DNA from: Pristiophorus japonicus
Lineage: Eukaryota
Direction: 5' to 3'
DNA: 64,000 nt
Assembly: GCF_044704955.1 (NCBI RefSeq)
Contig: NC_091995.1
Span: 53,444,001 to 53,508,000 of the forward strand
The notes below the pieces were generated by a model that worked only from the letters and a program-made list of their open reading frames with translations, was not told the DNA's origin and ran no database searches. Below are positions 26,901 to 39,010 of the stretch, in pieces (position 1 is the first letter of the stretch; each line of letters begins with the position of its first letter). The position numbers were made by a program, and so were the translations under genes.

Positions 26901-27506
26901 GGAGGAAGGGAAGAGAGAGGGGGACGAGGGCCGTGAGGGGGAGGGGAGTGAGAGTGGGGAGTGAGGGAGAGGGGATAGTATGGGTACCAAGAGTCGGGAA
27001 GGGAAGGGGTGAGGTGAGCGGAGCGTGGAATGACTGGGGGGTGAGGGGGAGGGAAGTGAAGGGGAATGGCGTGAGGGAGTGGGCGAGAGAGAGGGGGAGG
27101 GGAGAGAGAAGGGAGGGTAGAGGGGAGAGAGTGAGGGGGAGGGGAGAGAGGGGGAGGGAGGTGAGAGGATAGGATGAGAGGAGAGGGGAGGGGAGAGAGA
27201 GAATGGGGAGATAAAGTTAGGGAGGGGAGAGAGAGAGGGGGAGGGGAGAGAGAAGGGAGGGTAGAGGGGAGAGATTGAGGGGGAGGGTAGAGGGGAGAGA
27301 GTGAGGGGGAGGGGAGAGAGGGGGGAAGGGGAGGGGAGAGGATGAGAGGAGAGAGGATGGGAGAGAGAGAAGGGGAGATAAAGGGAGGGAGGGGAGAGAG
27401 AGGGGTAGAGAGAGGGGGTTGAGAGGGGCAGGGAGAGAGGGATGGGGAGGGAAGAGGGTGTGGGGGAGGGTAGAGGGGGGAGAGGAGAAAGAAGGGAGGG
27501 GAGAGA

Positions 27507-27645
27507 NNNNNNNNNNNNNNNNNNNNNNNNNNNNNNNNNNNNNNNNNNNNNNNNNNNNNNNNNNNNNNNNNNNNNNNNNNNNNNNNNNNNNNNNNNNNNN
27601 NNNNNNNNNNNNNNNNNNNNNNNNNNNNNNNNNNNNNNNNNNNNN
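27507..27645. other. Assembly gap (139 N)
   Basis: Run of N. Confidence 0.99.
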
Positions 27646-30600
27646 CAGGGGAGAGAGGGATGGGGAGGGGAAAGAGTGTGGGGGAGGGGAGAGAAAGAAG
27701 GGAGGGGAGGGGAGAGAGGGAGAGAGTGAGGGTGGAGGGAGAGAGGGGAGGGGAGAGAGAGGGGGAGTGAGAGCAGTGGGAGTAAGGGGGATGGGAGAGA
27801 GGAGTGATGGGGTGAGGGGGAGGGGAAGGTGGGGGAGGAGAGTGGGAGGGGAAGTGAGGGGGGAGGGTAGTGAGGGGTGGGGGGACGGGGGAGTGATGGG
27901 TGAGAGAGAAGGGAAGGGGGGGAGGAAGAGGTGGGAGGGAGGGGATGGGGAGTTAAGGGGAGGACAGTGATGGGGTGGAGAGTGAGGCGGTGGAGAGTGA
28001 GGCAGTAGGGATTGAGGGCGGGGAGAGTGAGGGGAGGAGGGGGAGGGGATTGAGGTGGATGGGGAGTGGGAGGAGAGGGGAGTCGGAGGGGAGTGTGGGG
28101 GGGGAGTGAGGGGGAGGGGAGTGACGGGAGAGGGGGAGAATGGAGTCAGGAGAGGGGAGAGTGGGAGGAGAGGGGTGAGGGGGAGAGGAGGAGGTGGAGG
28201 GGATTGAGGTGGATGGGGAGAGTGGTAGGAGAGGGGAGTGAGGGGAGAGAGGGAGTGAGGCGAATGAGTTGGAGGGGAGGGGATTGAGGGGGATGGGATT
28301 AAGGGGGAGGGAGTGAGTAAGGGGGAGGGATTGAGTGAAGAGGAGGAGGGAGTGAGGGTTAGTGGTGAGAAGGGGAAGGGAGGGGAATGAGGGGGAGGGG
28401 AGGGGAATGAGGGGTGGGGAGGAGAATGAGGGGGAGAGAAGGGGGGAGGGGACTGTGGGAGGTGATCAAATGGGAGGGGATCGAGGAGAGGTGTGAGGGG
28501 GAAGGGGTGTGAGAGGGGGAGGTGGAGGGGAGAGAGCAGGGGAGGGGAGTGAGTGGAGGAGCAGTGAGGGGGATAGGAGTGAAGGGGATGGGATGAGGAA
28601 GAGGGGAGTGCGGAGAGCGGGTGTGAGGTGTTGGGGATTGAGAGGGAGGAAGGGGAGGGAGAGGAGAGGAGGGGAGAGAGAAGGAGGGAGGGGAGAGAGT
28701 GGGAGGGGAGGGGACTGAGAATGAGGGGCGATGAGGGAGAGGGGAGGGGAATGAGGGGGAGGGGACCGAAGGGGGAGCAGAGCGATGGGGGGAGAGGTGT
28801 GAGGGGGGTGAGTTGGGTAGGGGAGTGTGGGGGAGGGGAGTGTAGGGGAAGGGAAAGTGGGGGAAGGGAGAGTGGGGAAGGGAGAGTGGGGGAGGGAGTG
28901 GTGAGGGGGACGGGATGAGAGGAGGGGGAAGTGACTGATGGAGGCTGATCGAGGGGGGCAGGGGATCGAGGGGGCAGGGGTGTGAGGAGGGAGGGGAGAG
29001 GGTGAGAGGAGTGGGGGAGGTGGAGGGGAGTGGGGGAAAAGGGCAGCGAGGGGGAGGGGAGTGTGGCTGAGAGAAGGGGTGAGGAGAGTCAGGGGGGAGT
29101 GGAGTGAGGGGGAGAGGAGTGAGGGGGAATGGCATGAGGGGGAGGTAGGAGAGGGATGGGGAGGGGTGAGGGAAGAGAGAGCAGGGGAGGGGAGGGAGCA
29201 ATGGAGGGCTGAGGGGGACGGGAGTGAAGTGGAATGAGGTGAGAGGGAGGGGCGTGAGGTGTGCAGAGGAGGGATGTGAGGTGCAGGGGGTCGGGAGTGA
29301 GAGAGTGGGAGGGTACGGACAGAGCAGGGGACAGAGCGGGAGGAAGGGGAGGGAGGGAGGTGAGAGAGAGAGGGAGGGGAGCGAAATGAGGGATGAGCGG
29401 AGCAATGTGGGGAGTGCTGTGAGGGGAATGAGTGGGAGGGGAGTGAGGGGGAGGGGGAGGGGAGTGAGGGGGAGGGAAGTGACGGGGAGAGGGGTTGAGG
29501 GTGAGAGGAGTGAGGGGGAGGGAGTGAGGGGAGAGGAGTGAGGGGGAGGGAGGAAGTGATGGGTGGGGAGAAAGGGGGAAGGAGAAGGAGGGAGGGAAAT
29601 TGAGGGGAGAGGAGGGGGTAGGAGCTGATGGAGGGAGGGGATCGAGGGGGGAGGTGTGTGAGAAGGGAGGAGTGTGAGAGTGGGAGGGAGAGGGTGAGGG
29701 GAGTGGGGAGAGGGAGTGGAGCGAGGAGGGAGGGGAGTGAGGGGGAGGGGAGGGAGTGAGGGGGAGGAGATGAGGGGAGGGGTGGGGACTGATGGGGGAG
29801 TGGGGGAGTGAAGGATGAGGGGGGAAGATATCGAGGGGGGCAATGTTTGAGGGGACGGTGGAGGGGGGGTGAGGGTGAGGCAAGTGAGGAGGAGGAGGGG
29901 ATTGAGGAGGGAGGGTGAGGGGAGCGAGGGGAGGGGAGCGAGGGGGAGGGGAGCGTGGGGGGAGGGGAGCTTTGGGGAGGAGAGCATAGGTGAGGGGAGG
30001 GGTGAGGAGAGTGATGGAGACAGGAGTGAGGGAGACAGGGGTGAGGTGGAGGAGGAGTGAGAGAGATAGGAGTGAGGGGAAAAGGACTGAGAGAGACAGA
30101 AGTGAGGGGGGAAAGGAGTGACCAGGTTGAGTGGGAGGGAAATGAAGGGGAATTGCGTGAGGGAGAGGGGATAGAGAGGGAGGAAAGGGGAGAGAGAGGG
30201 GAGGGAGAGAGCAGGTGGAGTGAGAGGCAGTGGGAGTGAAGGGGAATAAGGGGGAGGGAAGAAGGGAGTGATGGGGTGAGGGTGAAGGTGAGGGGAGAGA
30301 GAGGAGGAGAGGAGAGAGGTGGAGGAGAGAGGGAGGAACGGGCGAGTGAGGGCATGGACAGTGAGGGGGTGGACAGTGAGGGGGAGTGGTGGGGAGTGAG
30401 GGGGTGGGGAGAGTGGGCGATGGGAGAGTGGGAGGAGAGGGGAGGGAAGTGAAGGGAGCAAGTGAGGGCGAGGGGAGGGGATCGAGGGGTGTAGGGGAGC
30501 ATGGGGAGGGTAGCGTGGTGGAGAGGAGCATGGCGTGGAGTGGAGGGGTGGGGAGAGAGGAGTGAGGGAGGGGGTGGGGGAGAGTGAGGGGGAGAGGGAG

Positions 30601-32031
30601 GTGTGTGAGGGGGAAGGGATGGAGGACAGTGAGGGCGAGGCAAAGTCAGGGGAGGGGAGAGTGAGGGGGAGAGGGAGTGAGAGTGAAAGGAGAGTGGGGA
30701 GAGGAGAGGAGTGGAGGAGGAGGGGGGAGTGAGGGAGGGGAGATTGGGGGAGTGGAGAGTGGGGAATGGGAGTGCGAGCGGGGGGAACAGAGTGAAGGGG
30801 ATCGGAGCGACGGGGAGGGGAACTTGGGGGAGGAGGGGTGGGGGAGGAGAGTGAGGGGGAGCGAGAGAGGTGGAGGGGAGGGCGAGGAGAGTGAAGGGAT
30901 GGGGACTGAGGGGGAGGGGAGAGTGGGGAGAGGAGCATGGGGGAGGGGGAAAATGGAGTGAAGGGGATGGGAGCGACGGGTGAGGGGTGTGTGGGGGGAG
31001 GGGAGGGGGGAGGAGAATGAGGGGGAGAGGGAGAGGTGGAGGGGAGGGCGAGGAGAGTGAGGGGGAGAGGGGGACATGGGGGGGAGTGGGGGATGACAGG
31101 GAGTGGTGTGTGAGGAGACAGGAGTGAAGGTGAGGGGAGTGAGGGTGAGAGAGGGGAGAGAGGGGGAGGGAGCGAGGGAGGGGAGAGAGAGGGAGCGAGG
31201 GTAAAGAGAGGCAGGGAGGGGAATGAGGGGGAGGGGAGGGAATGAGGGAGGGGGTAGTAAGGGGGATGGGTGGGATTTGGGACTTGAGGGGGAGCGAGGG
31301 GGAAGTTTGTGAGGGTGAGGGTAGTGAGTGAGGTAGGGGAGTGAGTGGTAGGGGAGTGGAGCGAGTGGGAGGATGGTGGGAGGGGAGTGAGGGGGAGGGT
31401 AGTTGAGGGGGAGGGGAGTGAGGGGAGGAGGGGAGTGGATTGAGGTGGATGGGAGTGTGGGTGGAGAGGGGGAGAGAGGGGGAGGGAGGATAGAGCGAGA
31501 AGGGGGGAGAGAGGGAGAAAGGGAGGGGAGAGAGAGGGAGGGTAGAGAGAGAGGGAGGGAGGGTAGAGAGAGGCAGGGATGAGAGAGAGAGAGTGAGTGG
31601 AGGAATGAGGGGGAGGGGGGGAATGAGGGGGAGGGGAGGGGATTGAGAGGATGGAGGGGGAGGGGTGGGAGTGGGGCTCGAGGGGGAAGGGAAGCGAGGG
31701 AGCAGGGGCGTGAGTGGGGTAGGGGAGTGAGGGGGATGGGAATGAGGGGGCGGGGAGTGAGGGGGATGGGAGGAAGGGGAGAGAGGGAAATAAGGGGAGT
31801 GAGGGAGGGGAGTGATGGAGAGAGAGAGGGAGGCAGGAGGAAAGGGTGGGTTGGGGAGAGAGAGGGAGGGAGGCAGGGGAGAGAGAGGGAGGGAGGGTAG
31901 GTAGAGAGAGGAAGGGATGGAGAGGAGAGGGAGTGAGGGTGGAGAGAGGGAGGGATTGTAATGAGGGGGAGGGGAATGAGGAGGAGGGGAGTGATTGGAA
32001 GGGGAGTAAGGGGGAGGGAATGAGGGGAGGG

Positions 32032-32612
32032 TGTTGAAATCTCGACTCTCAATTTAACTAAAAATATGAAACTGACACAAACAGGTAGATGTTCCTTTAA
32101 AATGTTTTACTTGCTACAAGGGAAAGTCTTGCTAAGTCAAAGGCTCAGCAACGACTTTTACAGAGGTTCAAAATCACATTATCTTTATACAGGAGAACAA
32201 ACAAAGAAATTATGGTTCCATCACGTGTATCAGTTCTACCCTTGCGGCCAGCAAGTACAGATAAGGAGTTCTTTAATCACTTAATTAACATTACATCCTT
32301 GTTTTAGTTCTTCACATATCTATACAACCTTTATCTAGTATCTCTAAGGTTTAGCATAGCAACAGTTATTAGCAGGGAGTATAATTCTAATAAGACATTC
32401 TTTCTGTTAGGGAGGGTAAAATCAAGGTACCCCCGTTCACACAACGGCTCCTGCTTTTCTAAATTAGTTGGCTATCAGTCAAGGTTAGTGTGTTTATACA
32501 GAAGCAAACTGTCTGCTGCAGGGGCTTCTGGGAGAACTGAGATTCCATTTTGTTTTATTACAAAAGGGTACATTTAATAGAAAGTGTAACTTCGAGAAAG
32601 TAAATTTCCACA
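32032..32612 (-). mobile_element. Solo LTR (581 bp)
   Basis: AT-rich island with TG...CA ends, terminal inverted repeat tgttgaaat/atttccaca (8/9), 4-bp flanking duplication AGGG. TATAAA and AGTAAA on the minus strand suggest orientation. Confidence 0.75.
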
Positions 32613-35600
32613 AGGGGTGGGGCTCGAGGGGGGAGTGGAGTGAGGGGTAGGGTGTGAGGAGGCAGGGGAGTGTGAGGGGGAGGAGATTGAGGGGGAGGGA
32701 GTGAGTGAGAGTGAGTGGGAGGGAGGAAGGGGGAGGAGTGAGAGAGGGAATGGAGGGGAGTGAGGGTGAGGGAGGGGAGTGAGGGGGAAGGAGGAATGGA
32801 GGGGTGAGAGAGGGAGTGAGGGTCAAGAGAGGGAAGGATGCGTGGGAGAGGGAGGGAAGGAAAAGAGAGGGAGGGGAGTGGAGAGAGAGGGAGGGGAGGG
32901 TAATGAGGGGGAGGGGAATGAGGTGGTGGGGAATGAGGGGGAGGGGCAGGGAATGAGTGGGAGGGTGGGGAATGAGTGGGAGGGAGGGGGAGGGGTGGGA
33001 CATGGGGTTTGAGGGGAAAGGGCAGCGAGGGTGCAGTGTGTGAGTGGGGCAGGGGAGTAAGGGGGGGGAGGAGAGTGAGGGTGAGGGGAGTGAGAGATGG
33101 GGAGAGAGAGGGAGGGGAGGATGAGGGAGGGGGAGGGAGGGAGCGGAGCGAGAGGGAGGCAGGAGAGAGAGAGCAGGAGGGGAGAGGGAAGGGAGGAAGG
33201 GGAGAGAGGGAAGGGAGGGGAGTGAGAGTGAGGGAGGGGAGAGAGAGGGTGGCAGGGGAGAGAGAGGAAGGGAGGGAGGCAGGAGAGGGAAAGGGAGTGA
33301 GGGTAGAGAGAGAGAGAGAGAGAGGGTAGAGAGAGGGAGGGAGGGTGAGACAGAGGGAGGGGAATGAGGAGGATGGGAGGGGAATGAGGCGGAGGGGAGG
33401 GGAATGAGGGGGAAGGGTGGTGAATGAGGGGGTGGGAAGTAAGGGGGAGGGAATGAGGGGAGGGGTGGGACGTGGGGCTCGAGCGGGCGGGAGCAAGCGG
33501 GTAGGTAGTGAGGAGGCACGGGAAGGGAGTGAGGGGGAGGGGAGTGAGGAGGAAGGGAGGAAGTGGAGAGAGGGAAGGGAGCGGACTGAGAGGGAGGGAG
33601 GGGAGAGAGAGAGAGGGAGGCAGGGGAGAGTGTGGGAGGGAGGGGAGAGGAGAGAGAGGGACGATAGAGAGAGCGAGGGGAGGGGAATGAGGGTGAGGTT
33701 AATGAGGGTGAGGGAATGAGGGGAGGGGAATGAGGGGGAGGGGAATGATGTGGAGGGGAGAAAGGGAGCACGGATGAGGGGAGGGACATGGGCCTCGACG
33801 GGGAGGGTGAGAGGTGGGAGGGTAGTGTGTGAGATAGGGGAGTGAGGGCGAGGGGAGTGAGGCGGAAAAGAGGGAGGGGAGGGGGTGAGGGTGAGGGAGT
33901 GAGGGTGATGGAGGGGAGTCACGGGTAAAGGAGGGAGGGGAATGAGGGTGAGGGAGGCGAGTGAGGGAGGGGGAGTGAAGGTGAGGAGAGGAGGGAGGGG
34001 AGTGAGGGTGAGGAAGGGCAGTGAGGGTGAGGGAGGTGAGGGAGGGTGAGGGAGGGGAGTGAGGGGAGGAGAGAGAGGGAGAGGGGAGTGAGAAAGGGGA
34101 GTGAGCGGGAGTGATGGTGAGGGAGTGAGGGTGAGAAGGGAGAGTTGGGGAGGGGAGTGAAGGGATGTGGAGTGAGGGGGAGGGATGGGAGTGAGGGGGA
34201 GGGATGGGAGTGAGGGGGAGGGAGGGAAGAGAGGGGGAGTGGGAGTGGGGTGTGAGGGAGAGAAGAGGAGGAGGAGGGGGAGGGATTTGTGGAGAGTGGG
34301 AGGAGAGGGGAGTGAGGGGGAGGCAAGCAAGGAGAGCGAGTGAGGGAGAGGGGATTGAGGGGTGAGCGGAGCGTGGCGGTTAGGGGTGATGTTGGGGAGG
34401 GGGAGGGGAGAGTGAGGGGGAGGGGAGAGTGAGGGGAAGGGGAGAGTGAGGGGAAGGGGAGAGTGAAAGTAGTGAGGGGGAGAGGAGTGCGGGGAAGAGG
34501 AGAGGAGTAAGGGGGAGATCAGGGGGGGGACTGAGGGGGAGGGGAAGTGGGGGAGGGGATAGTAGTGGGGGAGGGGAGACTGGTGGGAGAGAGCACGGGA
34601 GGGGGAGGGGAGTGAGGGGGAGGGGAAGGGGTGGAGAGGATCGAGGGGGAGGGGAGTGAGTGGGAGGAGAAGGAGTAGGAGGGTGCATGGGGGAGGTGAG
34701 CATGTGGGGGGAGGTGTGCATGGGTGGGATGGGAGGGGTGGAGAGTGAGGTGGGAGAGGGGGACGTGGAGGGTAGTGGGGGGAGGGTACAGGGAAGGGTG
34801 TGACTGAGGAGAGGAGTGAGGTGGAGAGGAGTGACTGGGGGTGAGGGAAGTGAAGGATAATGATGTGCGAGTGAGTGGAGAGATGGGGAGGTGAGAGAGA
34901 GCGTGGTGGGGGCAGCAATTGAGGGGGAGGGGGTGAGTGGGGAGCGAGTGAGGGTGAGGGCCTATGAACGAAGGGGTGGGGCACGAAGGGAGGAGGGGGC
35001 TGGGGAACGAAGGGAGGAGGTGGAAGGGGAACGAGGGGGGAGGGGAGCGTGCGGGGGAGGGTTGTGTGGGTAAGAGGAGTTGAGGGATGAGGGGAGGGTG
35101 ACGAGAGTGAGGGGGAGGGGGAGTTGAGGGAAGTGTGGGGGTGATGGGGAGTGACGTGAGTGAGGGAGGGAATGAGGGAGTCAGGAGTGAGGGCAGAGAG
35201 GGGGAGGGAAGAGAGGGGAGTGAGGAGGGAAGCAGGGATAGAGGGGGAGGGGAACGACGTGGAGGGAGAGAGAAGGGGAGGGGTGTGAAGGGGAGTGGGT
35301 GAGAAGTTGGAGAGGGGTGCGAAGGGGAGAGTGAAGCAAGGGGGAGCGAGGGGAGGGGGAGCGAAGGTGAGGGGAGGTGGGGTTGAGGGGAGTGAAGGTA
35401 GAGGGAGTGATGGAGAGAAGGAGGGAGTGAGGGGGAGGGGAATGAGGGGAGGGGAGTGAGGGGGAGATGGGAGTGAAGGAGGGAAGTGAGGGGGTGCGGA
35501 GAGGGGAGTGAGGGGGAGAGGGGAGGAGAGTGAAAGGGGAGATGGACGGGAGTGAGGCGGAGGGGAGTAAAGGAGAGGGGAGAGAGGTGTGAGGGGCGAG

Positions 35601-35989
35601 GGAGAGTGACGGAGGGAAGTGAGGGGTGAGGGGACAGTGAGAGGGGGAGTGAGGGAGAGGGGAATGAGGGGGTGGGGAACGTAGTAGAGGGGCAGAGGGG
35701 GTGAGAGGGATGAGGGGGCAAGGTGCGGGGGGGAGTGGGGAGAGGGGGAGAGAGGGAGGGTAAGAGGGGTAAGGGTGAGAACTTGAGGGGCAAGGGGGAG
35801 AGGGAGGGAGGGGAGATGTGAGGAGGATGGTGAGAGGGAGGGGGTGAAGGGGAGTGAGGAGGGAGGGGGTGAGGTGTGTGAGGGAGGGAGAGTGAGGAGG
35901 GAGGGGGTGAGGGTGAGGTGTATGAGGGGATGTGAGGGTGAAGGGGGAGTGGGGCGAGGGAGAGAGGGAGGGAGGGGGATGTGAGGGGG

Positions 35990-37340
35990 AGTGAGGAGGG
36001 AGGGGGAGTGAGGGGGTGTATATGAGGGTGAGTGGGGAGGGAGGGGGGAATGAGGGGGTGTATGTGAGGGTGAGTGGGGAGGGAAAGGGGAGTGAGGGGG
36101 CTGTATGTGAGGGTGAGGGGGAGTGGAGAGGGAGGGGGAGAGGGGGGTGTCTGTGAGGGTGAGTGGGGAGGGAGGGGGAGTATGTGAGGGTGAGTGGGGA
36201 GGGATGAGGGGGGTGTATGTGAGGGTGAGTGGAGAGGGAGGGGGATATGAGGAGGATGGTGAGAAGGAGGGGGAGTGAGGAGGGTGTGGGTGAGGGGGAG
36301 TGAGGAGGGAGGGGGGTGTATGTGAGGGTGAGGGGGAGTGGAGAGGAAGGGGGAGTGAGGGGGGTGTATATGAGGGTGAGTGGGGAGTGAGAGGCGTGTA
36401 TGTGAGTGTGAGTGGGGAGGGAGGGGGAGGAGGGGTGTATGTGAGGGTGAGTGGGAGGGAGTGGGGAGTGAGGGGGTGTATGTGAGGGTGAGTGGGGAGG
36501 GAGGGGGGAATGAGGGGGTGTAGGTGAGGGTGAGTGGGGAGGGAGGGGAGTGAGGGGGGTGTATGTGAGGGTGAGTGGGGAGGGAGGGGGGAGTGAGTGG
36601 CGTGTAGGTGAGGGAGGGGGTGAGGGGGGTGTATGTGAGGGTGAGTGGGGAGGGAGGGGGGAGTGAGTGGGGTGTATGTGAGGATGAGTGGGGAGGGAGG
36701 GGAGTGAGGGGGGTGTATGTGAGGATGAGTGGGGAGGGAGGGGGGTGTATGTGAGGGGGAGTGGGGAGGGAGGGGAGTGAGTGGGGTGTATGTGAGGATG
36801 AGTGGGGAGGGAGGGGGGAGTGAGGGGGTGTATATGAGGGTGAGTGGGGAGGGAGGGGAGTGAGGGGGGTGTATGTGAGGGTGAGTGGGGAGGGAGGGGG
36901 GAGTGAGGGGGGTGTATGTGAGGATGAGTGGGGAGGGAGGGGGGAGTGAGGGGGTGTATATGAGGGTGAGTGGGGAGGGAGGGGAGTGAGGGGGGTGTAT
37001 GTGAGGGTGAGTGGGGAGGGAGGGGGGAGTGAGGGGGGTGTATGTGAGGATGAGTGGGGAGGGAGGGGGAGTGAGGGGGTGTATATGAGGGTGAGTGGGG
37101 AGGGAGGGGAGTGAGGGGGGTGTATGTGAGGGTGTGTGGGGAGGGAGGGGGGAGTGAGGGGGTGTTGGTGAGGGTGAGTGGGGAGGGAGGGGAGTGAAGG
37201 GGTGTAGGTGAGGGTGAGTGGGGAGGGAGGGGAGTGAGGGGGGTGTATGTGAGGGTGAGTGGGGAGGGAGGGGGGAGTGAGTGGGGTGTATGTGAGGATG
37301 AGTGGGGAGGGAGGGGGGTGTATGTGAGGGGGAGTGTAGA
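35990..37340 (+). repeat. ~42-bp G-rich minisatellite (gtgtatgtgagggtgagtggggagggaggggggagtgaggggg)
   Basis: Regular tandem copies at the end of the polypurine tract. Confidence 0.9.
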
Positions 37341-37374
37341 GAGAGGGGGAGGTGTGTGAGGGAGAGGGAGAGAT

Positions 37375-37906
37375 CCTCAGTGGGGGAGCGGGGAGTTTGC
37401 AGACAAAGCCCCGCGCTGTGCCCCGCAGTGTGGGGGTGAACGCTAAAGGTTGTGGGACTGGGCGGTACTCGGATTTGATGGGGCGGTACCCCAGGGACGC
37501 TGAATTAGTCAATGCCTATTGAAGTCGCTGGCCTTCCTTCCCGCATGCTGGGCATGTGGCAATCGGGCTGTGCCAACACATTCGTGCAAGCGGCCGGGGC
37601 CGCTGCCCTGCTCCGGCTGGCTCGGATGTTGCCGCTGAACACCCCGCTGAGAGCCCCCGACCCCTGACCAGCTCAGCTCACAGGCTGGCCCTGTCCTCCT
37701 TGCCCTTGCCCTTGCCCTTCCTTCCTTCCTGTTTTGTTGAAATCTGCTCACACAGTCATCTCTCTGTCTGTCTGGTTTTGCGAAATTCAGTGAATCATCT
37801 GCCAACCCCTCCCTCCTGGCCAGCACTCCCCGTCAGACAGGCTGTGACTGAGGGAGAGCTTCCACCAGCAACCCACTGCCGCCCAGTGCTTGGCTCAGTG
37901 GACGGG
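37375..37906 (+). promoter_or_regulatory. Candidate promoter/5' UTR of MHC class I-like gene 2
   Basis: Unique, CpG-enriched sequence immediately upstream of the leader exon. GC-box-like gggcgg motifs and a C/EBP-like ttgcgaaat. No clear SXY module seen. Confidence 0.4.
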
Positions 37907-37985
37907 ATGGAGGACAGCAACAGGCCAGTGGCGGGGCTGCATCTCACCGTGCTGACTCTCTGCACTGCCCTGGTGGTACATGCAG
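37907..37985 (+). CDS. Signal-peptide exon of MHC class I-like gene 2 (MEDSNRPVAGLHLTVLTLCTALVVHA/G)
   Basis: Good Kozak (gggATGg), hydrophobic core, V-H-A cleavage context, phase-1 donor cag|gtaac compatible with exon 62123. Confidence 0.72.
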
Positions 37986-38139
37986 GTAACAGGCTGCGAC
38001 TGGCGTGCTCGGGGGTCCAGGGCGGAAAGAACGCCCGTCAGCTGCTGTCTGTCCCGGACAACCGTCCACGGTGTCAGTTAGACATCCGCGGGGGAGGGGG
38101 AGCGGGGGCATGCTGGTGCTTTACACCAGCCCAGGAGAC

Positions 38140-38898
38140 CTCCAGGCCCACTCCAGCACAGAATCCAGTGCAGTACTGAGGGAGGGCAGCACTGTCAGAG
38201 GGGCAGTACTGAGGGAGTGCTGCACTGTCGGAGGGGCAGGATATAGGAAGTGCTGCACGATCGGAGGGGCAGCACTGAGGGAGTGCTGCACTGTCAGAGG
38301 GGCAGTACTGAGGGAGTGCTGTACTGTCGGAGTTGCAGTACTGAGGGAGTGCTGTACTGTTGGAGGGGCAGCACTAAGGGTGTGCTGTACAATCGGAGGG
38401 GCAGCACTGAGAGAGTGCTGCACTGAGAGAGGGGCAGTACTGAGGGTGTGCTGTACTGTCGGAGGGGCAGCACTGAGAGAGTGCTGCACTGTCGGAGGGG
38501 CAGTACTGAGGGAGTGTTGCACTGTTGGAGGGGCAGCACCGAGGGTGTGCTGTACTGTTGGAGGGGCAGCACTGAGAGAGTGCTGCACTGTCGGAGGGGC
38601 AGTACTGAGGGAGTGTTGCACTGTTGGAGGGGCAGCACCGAGGGTGTGCTGTACTGTTGGAGGGGCAGCACTGAGAGAGTGCTGCACTGTCGGAGGGGCA
38701 GCACTGAGGGAGTGTTGCACTGTTGGAGTGGCAGCACTGAGGGTGTGCTGCACTGTCGGAGCAGCAGTACTGAGGGAGTGCTGCACTGTCGGAGGGGCAA
38801 TACTAAGGGAGTGCTGCACTGTCGGAGCAGCAGTACTGAGGGAGTGCTGCACTGTTGTAGGGGTAGTACTGAGGGCACTGTCGGAGGGGCAGTACTGT
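38140..38898 (+). repeat. 33-bp minisatellite array preceded by degenerate SINE head remnant
   Basis: cccactccagcacagaatccagtgcagtactgaggg leads into ~22 units. Confidence 0.9.
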
Positions 38899-39010
38899 TG
38901 GAGTGAAATGCAATAGAGGATTTTTAGCTTGGCCGAGTGTGGTCTCTCCCCTGCCCCTCCGGCAATGGGTGGGATACTGGGAGAGAACAGGAGGAGGGGA
39001 TCTCAGAGAA

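Larger units (their letters stand above)
14455..37372 (+). repeat. ~23 kb polypurine, G-rich degenerate satellite with kb-scale internal duplications
   Basis: Extreme G/A bias on the + strand. Marker motifs recur ~3.7 kb apart (e.g. gaggtctatgag near 20419 and 24107). Confidence 0.92.

Noticed and set aside
14883-37512. Pro/Ser/Leu-rich (extensin-like) and Gly/Arg/Glu-rich ORFs up to 997 aa
   Set aside because: Translations of polypurine low-complexity DNA that is naturally poor in stop codons.
37556-38179. 207-aa ORF as a single-exon gene
   Set aside because: Only the internal 37907-37985 part has signal-peptide character and a splice donor; the rest looks like UTR/intron.
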